Origin: Ostreococcus tauri
Lineage: Eukaryota
Length of the DNA: 8,227 nucleotides
Direction: 5' to 3'
Assembly: GCA_000214015.2 (NCBI GenBank)
Contig: CAID01000010.2
Coordinates: 532,706-540,932 of the forward strand
The notes under the pieces: model-generated
Told to the model about the DNA's origin: nothing
What the model saw: the letters and a program-made list of their open reading frames with translations, nothing else
Databases searched by the model: none
Shown here: positions 1-6,226 of the stretch, piece after piece
How positions within the stretch are numbered: position 1 is the first letter of the stretch
Layout of the letters: each line of letters begins with the position of its first letter
Made by a program: the position numbers and the translations under genes

Positions 1-34
1 CGAGACGAGACGACGCGGATGGGTCGGTGCCCGA

Positions 35-36
<2 letters not shown>

Positions 37-69
<33 letters not shown>
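37..69. repeat. (GAC)n trinucleotide microsatellite: 9 perfect units at 43-69 plus an imperfect gacggc at 37-42
   Basis: Read directly from the sequence: gacggc followed by gac x9. It lies upstream of the ATG at 113, so it is likely 5' UTR or promoter of the protease gene. It reads as poly-Asp in the 19..432 frame and poly-Thr in the protease frame. Confidence 0.9.
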
Positions 70-70
<1 letters not shown>

Positions 71-112
71 GGCGCGAGGGACGGGACGGGGATCTGGACG
101 CGCGCGCGCGCG

Positions 113-2500
113 ATGGGCGGTCGACGGTGTGTATTGATCGCGCGCGGGGCGTCGGAGAGGGACGAGGGGGGCGAGGGCGCGGAGGCGGAGGCGGAGGGAC
201 GCCCGGGGGGAGCGACGACGGAGACGAAGGACGGCGACGCGACGAAGGGCGAGGATGGTGCGGAAGGGTCGAAGGTGAAGATGCGACAGAGAGTTGTGGA
301 TTGGGCGACGAACGCGCTGCCGTTCGTGAAGACGAAGAAGAAGTGGGAGAAGATGTTCGCGGAGGCGGACGCGGCGCCGCTGGATCACGGCAAGCAAGAC
401 GCCCTCATGAGAGAGCTGTTGCAGTACGATAGGAATGATGATTTGATCTCGCGATTCGAGACGAGAAAGTACGCGAGCGGACCGGTGTCGGTATTGGCGT
501 ACATGACGGCGCTGGTGCGGACGAACCGTTTGGAGAATTACGCCGTGAGTGGAGACGCGGGGGTTGGGAAGCCGCCGCCCGTCGCCGACCCGGCGGCTCT
601 GGACAAGCTTCCGGATTTACTCGGTGATCTGAGTGAACGCGCCAAGGGAACGGGAGAGTTGGTAGAGTTGGAGACGGGAAAGAGCGCGCAGGCGCCACTG
701 CACATCAACATCGTCGGAAGCGCCGGGCTCGGTCTCCAGCCCCCGAGCGCGGCGAAGCGTTTGCTAAACTGGTTCTTCGGCGTTTTCTTCTTCATTGCCG
801 GCTTGAGCTTTTTAAGCTCGTTCCTCCTACGCCGCGTCGCCGTGCGCGTTATCGAGTCCGGTCCGTCATCCTCGCACATGTCGGGTAGTCACTCGCTCCC
901 GGGGACACCGTCCGGTTCGGATCCGATGTCCGCCGCCGGACTCGGGCCGAACGGGCAGCCGTCGTACGACCCGAAACAGTTCAACAAGGACAACCTTCCG
1001 GAGAAATCCCTGAAGAAGTTTAAGGACGTGAAGGGGTGCGACGAGGCGAAGGAGGAGCTCCAGGAAATCGTGGAGTACCTGCGTAATCCGGACAAGTTCA
1101 CCCGTTTAGGTGGCAAGCTCCCAAAGGGCGTGTTATTGACTGGACCGCCGGGGACGGGTAAGACGCTCCTCGCGCGCGCCGTCGCGGGCGAGGCCGACGT
1201 GCCCTTCTTTTACCGATCCGGGAGTGAATTTGAGGAAATGTTCGTCGGCGTCGGCTCGAAGCGCGTGCGGCAGCTCTTCGCCGCGGCGAAGCGCAAGACG
1301 CCTTGCATCGTGTTCATCGACGAAATCGACTCCATCGGCACGTCGCGTAAATCCGTCGAGAATCAGCACCGAAAGACGTTGAACCAGCTCCTGACCGAGA
1401 TGGACGGGTTTGAACAAAACGAGGGAATCATTGTTCTCGCGGCGACGAACATTCCTGAGGCGCTCGATCCGGCGCTCACGCGTCCAGGACGCTTTGACAG
1501 AATGGTGCACGTGCCAAACCCGGACATAGGGGGCAGGCGAGAGATCTTGGATCACTACCTCCACGACAAGCCGACGACTAGTGACGTCGACGTGGACAAG
1601 ATCGCACGCGGTACCGCCGGATTCAGCGGCGCTGAGCTGTATAACCTGGTGAATATGGCGGCGGTGCAAGCGGCGATGGCAGACGCGCCCGCGATCACGG
1701 CGGCTGACCTCGACTGGGCTCGCGACCGCGTCTTGATGGGTGCCGAGCGCAAATCCGCGGTACTCAGCGAAGAGAACCGTCGTCTCACGGCGTACCACGA
1801 GGCCGGCCACGCCCTCGTCGCGCTGAAGACGGACGCGACGCTTCCCATTCACAAGGCGACCATCATGCCGAGAGGATCGGCGCTCGGAATGGTGATGCAG
1901 CTCCCAGACAAGGACGAGACGAGCGTGAACCGCAAGCAGCTCATGGCTCGCTTGGACGTGTGCATGGGCGGGCGTTTGGCGGAGGAGCTCATCTTCGGTC
2001 CGGATGAAGTCACCACGGGCGCGTCGGGGGATTTGCAGCAGGCGACGCGACTGGCGTTTTACATGATTAGCGACGTCGGGATGAACAGCAACCTCGGCCC
2101 AGTGCACCTTTCGAGCATTCGCGGCGGCGGTGCCGCCGGTCGAGGTGCATCCGGTTCGACGGAATCTGCCGTCGACGCTGAGGTCATCAAGCTTCTCAAG
2201 GAGTCTCAAACTCGCGTGCAGAAGCTCTTAAAGTCAAACGCTCGCGATTTGCACACCATCGCCAAGGCGCTGATGGAGAAGGAGACGCTCACCGGGAACG
2301 AGATTCGCGAGCTCATCGGAATGCCACCGGTGAAGGAACCGGCGCCTATCAAGGCCCGCGCGAGGGCGAAGAAACCCGAACCGACGGTGAAGGAACCAGA
2401 GGTGAAGGAGACGGAGGGTGAGAAGCCAGAGGAAGACGAGGACGACGAGCGAACCATCATAATCGTGATCCAATCAGACGAGGATGAATCCCCAAAATGA
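113..2500 (+). CDS. YME1: ATP-dependent zinc metalloprotease, FtsH family, YME1-like i-AAA subtype (795 aa)
   Basis: Continuous ORF from ATG 113-115 to TGA 2498-2500. Walker A GPPGTGKT (1142-1165), Walker [10 protein letters not shown], second region of homology [19 protein letters not shown], zinc site HEAGH (1796-1810). Long stretches match my memory of YME1L: [45 protein letters not shown]. One hydrophobic segment, [20 protein letters not shown] (770-829), precedes the AAA module, which is the i-AAA pattern; m-AAA and thylakoid FtsH have two. Third codon positions are strongly G/C. The start is uncertain: the frame is open upstream to position 2 with no ATG, and the next in-frame ATG is at 281. 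Confidence 0.93.
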   Translation: MGGRRCVLIARGASERDEGGEGAEAEAEGRPGGATTETKDGDATKGEDGAEGSKVKMRQRVVDWATNALPFVKTKKKWEKMFAEADAAPLDHGKQDALMRELLQYDRNDDLISRFETRKYASGPVSVLAYMTALVRTNRLENYAVSGDAGVGKPPPVADPAALDKLPDLLGDLSERAKGTGELVELETGKSAQAPLHINIVGSAGLGLQPPSAAKRLLNWFFGVFFFIAGLSFLSSFLLRRVAVRVIESGPSSSHMSGSHSLPGTPSGSDPMSAAGLGPNGQPSYDPKQFNKDNLPEKSLKKFKDVKGCDEAKEELQEIVEYLRNPDKFTRLGGKLPKGVLLTGPPGTGKTLLARAVAGEADVPFFYRSGSEFEEMFVGVGSKRVRQLFAAAKRKTPCIVFIDEIDSIGTSRKSVENQHRKTLNQLLTEMDGFEQNEGIIVLAATNIPEALDPALTRPGRFDRMVHVPNPDIGGRREILDHYLHDKPTTSDVDVDKIARGTAGFSGAELYNLVNMAAVQAAMADAPAITAADLDWARDRVLMGAERKSAVLSEENRRLTAYHEAGHALVALKTDATLPIHKATIMPRGSALGMVMQLPDKDETSVNRKQLMARLDVCMGGRLAEELIFGPDEVTTGASGDLQQATRLAFYMISDVGMNSNLGPVHLSSIRGGGAAGRGASGSTESAVDAEVIKLLKESQTRVQKLLKSNARDLHTIAKALMEKETLTGNEIRELIGMPPVKEPAPIKARARAKKPEPTVKEPEVKETEGEKPEEDEDDERTIIIVIQSDEDESPK

Positions 2501-2558
2501 GCGACGAATCGATCGTTTAGACACAAAAGAACCGCGTGATTGCCCGATTTGTACATGA

Positions 2559-2563
<5 letters not shown>

Positions 2564-2593
<30 letters not shown>
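2564..2593. repeat. (AC)15 dinucleotide microsatellite between two convergent 3' ends
   Basis: Thirty nt of perfect AC alternation, read directly. It lies between the protease stop (2500) and the PsuG stop (2599-2601). Confidence 0.97.
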
Positions 2594-2596
<3 letters not shown>

Positions 2597-2598
2597 GT

Positions 2599-3726
2599 TT
2601 ACGCGCTCACCCCTTTACGCAACTTTGCCAGCTCGACTGCGATTGCCGCGCCGATTCGCGCATTGTTTTTCACCAAAGCGATGTTCGCCTTGAGACTAGC
2701 CCCATCCGTGAGCTCAGCCACGCGCTTTAAGACGTACGGCGTGACTTCCCTACCGATAATCTTACGCGTCTCGATCTCGCGTAGGGCTTGACTCGTCGCC
2801 TGCTCGACGACTTGCCCGAGCGCCTCGTGTTCGCTTGGAATCGGCACCGCAAAGACGCTTCCGTTGCTCAAACCTAGGCGCAAACTGGCGTCGATCACGC
2901 GCGCCGCTTCGAGCGGGGTATCGACGCGCAAAGGAGCCCTCGAGCCACTTGTCCTCGTGAAGAACGCCGGGAACTCATCGACGCCGTACGCGCACACCGT
3001 CGCCCCATGCGTCTCCAGCACCTCGAGCGTTCGCGGCACGTCTAAAATCGACTTCACCCCGGCGCAAATCACCGCCACATTCGTCCGTCCGAGCTCGATC
3101 AAATCCGCGCTCACGTCCATCGTGCTCTCCCCACCTCGATGCACGCCACCGATCCCGCCCGTGACGAACACGTCCACACCCGCCATTCGCGCGAGCGCCA
3201 TGGTTCCGCTCACCGTCGTCGCCGCCGTCGATCCCGTCCCGCACGCGTGCGCGAGATCCCTCCTCGACGCCTTGGCGCACCGCTCCCCTAACTCGGCGAT
3301 ACGTTTCAATTCCGAATCGTTCAGCCCAACGCGGGCGACACCATCGATCACCGCGATCGTGGCCGGCGTCGCCCCGAGCGTTCGCACGAGCGCCTCCACC
3401 TCCAGCGCCGTCTTTAAATTCTCCGGAAACGGCATCCCGTGCGCCACGATCGTGGACTCCAGCGCCACCACCGGCGCGCCCGATCGCAGCGCCGCCTCCA
3501 CCTCGCGCGAACACGTCAGCGGGACGCGCGGCGACGCCCGTGAAGACGACGACGCGACGTTCGACGCACGCGTACCCATCGCGCGCGTTCGCATCATCCC
3601 ACGCGCGGCGTCCTCGCGCCCCGCCGAGGCGTCTTCCCACGGCGCCACCGCGTTCGCGATCGCATCGATCCGTCGTCCCGCGCGAGCGTGCGTCGATTCC
3701 ATCGCGCGGCGTCGCGCTGTGCGCAT
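2599..3726 (-). CDS. psuG: Pseudouridine-5'-phosphate glycosidase (PsuG/IndA family) with a ~70-aa N-terminal extension (375 aa from the first ATG)
   Basis: From about residue 84 of the listed ORF the protein is collinear with my memory of E. coli YeiN/PsuG: PVVALESTIVAHGMPFPENL, ATPATIAVIDG, KASRRDL, TGGIGGVHRG, DVSADLIELGRTNVAVICAGVKSILD, VTPYVLKRVAELTDGASLKANIALVKNNA. Stop TAA is at 2599-2601 (plus-strand tta). The ORF-track start at 3768 is GTG (plus-strand cac). The first in-frame ATG is 3724-3726 and an in-frame stop lies upstream at 3826-3828. Other possible ATG starts are at 3702, 3597, 3594 and 3579. Confidence 0.92.
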   Translation of the reverse strand: MRTARRRAMESTHARAGRRIDAIANAVAPWEDASAGREDAARGMMRTRAMGTRASNVASSSSRASPRVPLTCSREVEAALRSGAPVVALESTIVAHGMPFPENLKTALEVEALVRTLGATPATIAVIDGVARVGLNDSELKRIAELGERCAKASRRDLAHACGTGSTAATTVSGTMALARMAGVDVFVTGGIGGVHRGGESTMDVSADLIELGRTNVAVICAGVKSILDVPRTLEVLETHGATVCAYGVDEFPAFFTRTSGSRAPLRVDTPLEAARVIDASLRLGLSNGSVFAVPIPSEHEALGQVVEQATSQALREIETRKIIGREVTPYVLKRVAELTDGASLKANIALVKNNARIGAAIAVELAKLRKGVSA

Positions 3727-3809
3727 CGCGCGTCGATGTTTTTTCAAACGCCCATCGTCTCGACACACATCCGCGCGCCGTCGCCGCGACGCGCACGCGC
3801 GCGCGAGAG
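3727..3809. promoter_or_regulatory. 83-bp head-to-head spacer between the divergent PsuG and metaxin start codons (presumed bidirectional promoter and 5' UTRs)
   Basis: Positional inference only: it lies between ATG 3726 (minus) and ATG 3810 (plus). It contains a T6 run (gatgttttttcaaacg) and a (CG)5 tract at 3796-3805. No TATA-like element was recognised. Confidence 0.4.
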
Positions 3810-4925
3810 ATGCCCGCGCCGAGCGTCACGCTATACCTCGCGAGGCCGACGTCGAGCGATGACGCCGCCCTGGGCGAGGTGGAGGATGAGAGACTTCGCG
3901 CGTTGACGCTCGTGAGTTCGATCGAACACGTCGTCGAACGCGTGCGAAGTGGCGCGGCGTCGCCGTCTGGGACGACGCCGTGCGCGGAGATCGATGGAGA
4001 CGTCGATGGAGACGGTACGGGCGCGGTCGTGAGCGAGCGCATCGCGGGACGACGCGCGAGGGAGGCGATTCGAGTGCGAGTGATGGATTGCGACCGGGAC
4101 GCGAGCGCGGACGAGCGCGTCGCGATCGCGGGCGTCACCGCTCTGTGCGACGGGAATCTGCGCGTGGCGGGGGAGTACTTCTCGTGCGTCGATGTCGAGG
4201 GATATCGGGCGTACAAGGCGGAGGTGGCGCGCGCGGTGCCGTTTCCGATGAGCGCGTGGCGGGCGCGGCGGCGGGCGAGCGAAGTTGGACGAGAGCTCGA
4301 GCGGGCGGGCGTAGACGGCGAACGCGCGTGCGCGCTCGCGGTGGAGGCGTACTCGACGCTGAATACTATGGTGGTGAACTCGGAGATGCGAGCGAAGGAG
4401 GGTGAGGCGTATTGGTTGTGCGGGAGCAAACCGAGAAGTTGCGACGCCGCGGCGTACGCGATGTTGAACCATCACGCGCGCTCAAAGTCGTGTGACGCGT
4501 TACGAACGGAGATGAAGCGGTTTCCGCGATTGATTCAATACTTGAACGATGTCACGGAGAGACTGTCGCTGATGGAGAAGACGTTAGTGCGTCGCGCCGA
4601 CGGAGTCGAGCCATCGAGCGGCGCGTTTGTCGACTCCACTTCCTGGGGCGACAGGTACGATGCGAGTCACGCCGAGCGTCGCAAGGGCTGGAAACCACGC
4701 TCGAATGCGACTAAGAAGAAGATGAGCGAGAAAGATATAGAAATGCGCCGAAAGGCTTGGTATTCCGTCGCGTTTGCGGCTGTTTCGGTGGTGGCGTACG
4801 CCGTAGTCGGCGGCTACGTTTCGCTCGACTTTGGAGACGAGGAAGACGAAGAGGAAGAGGACGACCGAGCCGTTTCCGCGAACCTGATGCACGACGACGT
4901 CGATGACGATGAAGACGACGAATAG
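3810..4925 (+). CDS. Metaxin-like protein (mitochondrial outer-membrane SAM37/Tom37 family, GST-like fold) with C-terminal membrane anchor and acidic tail (371 aa)
   Basis: First ATG of the frame is 3810-3812; the track start at 3540 is GTG and would overlap PsuG. Stop TAG is at 4923-4925. Family call from memory of metaxin sequences: YKAEVARAVPFPMSAWRARRR (about 4233-4259) parallels the metaxin Y-x-E-x-x-PFP-x-x-x-x-P-x-R block. EAYSTL...YWLCGSKPRSCDAAAYAMLNHH parallels the GST-C-like KFFFGD-P-S-LDA-x-F motif. FPRLIQYLNDV follows. Then come a basic stretch, one hydrophobic segment AWYSVAFAAVSVVAYAVVGGYVSL (4755-4826) and a D/E tail, as in the plant metaxin architecture. Confidence 0.65.
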   Translation: MPAPSVTLYLARPTSSDDAALGEVEDERLRALTLVSSIEHVVERVRSGAASPSGTTPCAEIDGDVDGDGTGAVVSERIAGRRAREAIRVRVMDCDRDASADERVAIAGVTALCDGNLRVAGEYFSCVDVEGYRAYKAEVARAVPFPMSAWRARRRASEVGRELERAGVDGERACALAVEAYSTLNTMVVNSEMRAKEGEAYWLCGSKPRSCDAAAYAMLNHHARSKSCDALRTEMKRFPRLIQYLNDVTERLSLMEKTLVRRADGVEPSSGAFVDSTSWGDRYDASHAERRKGWKPRSNATKKKMSEKDIEMRRKAWYSVAFAAVSVVAYAVVGGYVSLDFGDEEDEEEEDDRAVSANLMHDDVDDDEDDE

Positions 4926-4964
4926 CACTGCGTTTACTAATATTCTTACAACAAAACTCCCACA

Positions 4965-5873
4965 TCAACGACGCATGCAACAGCCGAAGAGTAAACTGCT
5001 CATTTTCACAAAAAATGTCGGCTCAACCTTTTTATGCGCGTGCGCGAGCCGAGCCGCTTTAACGCGCATTTGATTCTCCTTCTTGTAGTCCATCCGTTTT
5101 CTTACGGTCTTCACCGGATCATCGCCCGTGATTGCTCTGCTGAATTCGGCGGCCAACTCATCCACTTTGGAGGCGGGCTTCGACTGCGCGGCAAGCTCGC
5201 GCCTGAGCCTGTCCTTCTTTTCACGCTTCGCCTTGAGCGCTTTCTCGTACTCAAGCTTCGCCGTCTCGTACTTCTCCACGACTTTTTTTGGCACGACCGC
5301 CGAGCCGATCTGATGCGCGTTCGTCTCCTCCTTCATCCTTTTGGTATCGAGCTCGTCCTCATCCCAAATCGGCGGCTTCTCCTCGCCAAACATGCCCATC
5401 ATATCACCGAACCCCCCGTTCTCCACGCTGAGCCCACCCGCGGTCGATCCCCCTACGGTGGTGCTCCGCTCATCCGCGAAATCCGGATCGACGCTATCCG
5501 TGCTCGCCATCGACCGTCGACTCGACGACCGACTCGGCGCCCGGCTCGACGCTCGCGAGCCGTGTCTCGACCTCGAGCGCGACCTCGAGCTCGACCTCGA
5601 TATCGATCGACTCGATATCCCCGCGTCCATTCGCGCCTGATCAATCTTATCTCTCAACTTATCCAGCTCAGCCCTGGTGATCTCGATCGCCTCGTCCTCC
5701 TCCGCGAACGCGTCCGCGCTCGCGCCGCTCCCGTCCCGCCCCCGCCTCGACCCCCGGAGCGATTTCCTGCTCAAATCCCGTCGCCGTCCATCATCGCCGT
5801 CTTCATCGTCGGATTCCCACGTCCCAAACTCCCGCGTCGCGGACCGTCCGCGCCGGTCGACGCGCGAGCTCAT
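4965..5873 (-). CDS. Hypothetical Arg/Ser-rich, coiled-coil protein (302 aa), function unknown
   Basis: ATG at 5871-5873 (plus-strand cat) is the first ATG after an in-frame stop at 5967-5969. Stop TGA is at 4965-4967. The composition looks like a real protein: acidic N-terminus, RS tract SSRSISRSSSRSRSRSRHGSRASSRAPSRSSSRRS (5511-5615), then a K/E-rich heptad-like region KKVVEKYETAKLEYEKALKAKREKKDRLRRELAAQ. The overlapping plus-strand ORF 5034..6101 is R/P/L-rich antisense-type junk. No family recognised. Confidence 0.6.
   Translation of the reverse strand: MSSRVDRRGRSATREFGTWESDDEDGDDGRRRDLSRKSLRGSRRGRDGSGASADAFAEEDEAIEITRAELDKLRDKIDQARMDAGISSRSISRSSSRSRSRSRHGSRASSRAPSRSSSRRSMASTDSVDPDFADERSTTVGGSTAGGLSVENGGFGDMMGMFGEEKPPIWDEDELDTKRMKEETNAHQIGSAVVPKKVVEKYETAKLEYEKALKAKREKKDRLRRELAAQSKPASKVDELAAEFSRAITGDDPVKTVRKRMDYKKENQMRVKAARLAHAHKKVEPTFFVKMSSLLFGCCMRR
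5567..5602. repeat. Imperfect 12-bp tandem repeat x3 (tcgacctcgagc / gcgacctcgagc / tcgacctcgata) inside the RS-tract coding region
   Basis: Read directly. On the minus strand it encodes the RSRSRS core of the RS tract. Confidence 0.8.
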
Positions 5874-6226
5874 CGACGCTCGAGCGAATCGTCGGCGTCC
5901 CGTGCCCCGCGCGTGCGATCGCGCGCGTCCACCGTCGGCACCGCGCGAGCGACCGCGCGCGCGAGCTCACCGCCGCGATCGATCTCGCCGTCGGTCGCGG
6001 CGACGCGGCGTCCTCCGCGGGCGTCGCGCGCGTCGACGTCGCGTCGCCTCGGGATTGGGTGTTCACTTCCGGGTGTGTGGGTGCGGGTTTTTAGGGTTTA
6101 GGGTGTAGGGTTCGGCCCGACCCCCCCGAGGCGAGCGTTTTTCGAGCGTTACGTCCGCGACGACGACGCGGCGTCGACGCACACGTCCGCGCGCGAGAGC
6201 ACCGCGCGCGCGCACCGGCGCGAACG
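5874..6226. promoter_or_regulatory. 353-bp divergent intergenic region between the RS-rich gene (-) and the small acidic protein gene (+); presumed bidirectional promoter
   Basis: Positional inference. Both flanking ATGs are the first in their frames: in-frame stops lie at 5967-5969 (minus gene) and 6092-6094 (plus gene). It contains the telomere-like / G4 element at 6071-6112. The ORFs listed here (5677..6108 +, 5803..6066 -) are Arg/Ala/Ser-rich low-complexity artefacts. Confidence 0.5.
6085..6112 (+). repeat. Interstitial telomere-like repeat (TTTAGGG x2 perfect plus TGTAGGG); telo-box-like element
   Basis: Read directly: gggttt tttaggg (6090-6096) tttaggg (6097-6103) tgtaggg (6104-6110) tt. 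TTTAGGG is the Arabidopsis-type telomere unit. Its complement, AAACCCTAA, is the plant telo-box promoter motif. Confidence 0.75.

Noticed and set aside
19-432. 137-aa ORF with a poly-Asp run and Gly/Arg-rich sequence overlapping the protease start
   Set aside because: The poly-Asp comes from the (GAC)n microsatellite. The rest is Gly/Arg/Glu low complexity in a different frame from the well-supported protease CDS. I cannot fully exclude an upstream exon, but no splice logic links it to the protease frame.
1133-2209. 358-aa minus-strand ORF, plus 1555..1848, 2206..2589 and 2234..2473, antisense to the protease gene
   Set aside because: The translation is Arg/His/Leu/Val-rich with no motifs, and it lies entirely opposite an unambiguous, motif-rich FtsH/YME1 CDS. 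Long antisense ORFs are expected in high-GC3 coding DNA because stop codons are rare.
3540-3809. N-terminal 90 residues of the listed 461-aa ORF, overlapping PsuG
   Set aside because: Its start is GTG. The segment is Arg/Pro/Ser-rich and antisense to the PsuG 5' coding region. The first ATG, at 3810, begins the sequence that looks like a real protein.
2864-3862. 332-aa plus-strand ORF antisense to PsuG; its start is TTG
   Set aside because: It has a non-ATG start and a low-complexity Ser/Ala/Pro/Thr/Arg composition, and it is fully overlapped by the strongly conserved PsuG frame on the other strand.
2975-4429. 484-aa minus-strand ORF spanning the PsuG and metaxin genes, the longest unexplained ORF in the window
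   Set aside because: It is an Arg/Ala/Gly/Ser-rich low-complexity translation. It crosses a divergent promoter, is out of frame with PsuG and is antisense to the metaxin-like CDS. This is a typical GC-driven open frame, not a gene.
113-4925. Functional mitochondrial cluster (i-AAA protease plus metaxin within 5 kb)
   Set aside because: The two genes lie on the same strand but are separated by an unrelated, oppositely oriented nucleotide-catabolism gene. Eukaryotic nuclear genes are transcribed individually. Two organelle-related genes among six is unremarkable.
5034-6101. 355-aa plus-strand ORF, with 5677..6108 + and 5803..6066 -, across the RS-gene and its promoter
   Set aside because: These are Arg/Pro/Leu/Ser-rich antisense-type translations. 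The minus-strand frame 4965..5873 has a balanced, protein-like composition and a clean first ATG bounded by an upstream stop.
6100-6130. tRNA-like T-arm impression (gggttcggcccgacccc) in the 5874-6226 intergenic region
   Set aside because: There is no GTTCRANYC loop with a paired 5-bp stem and no acceptor, D or anticodon arms that I could fold by eye. The G and C runs are better explained as the end of the telomere-like/G4 element and an adjacent C7 tract.
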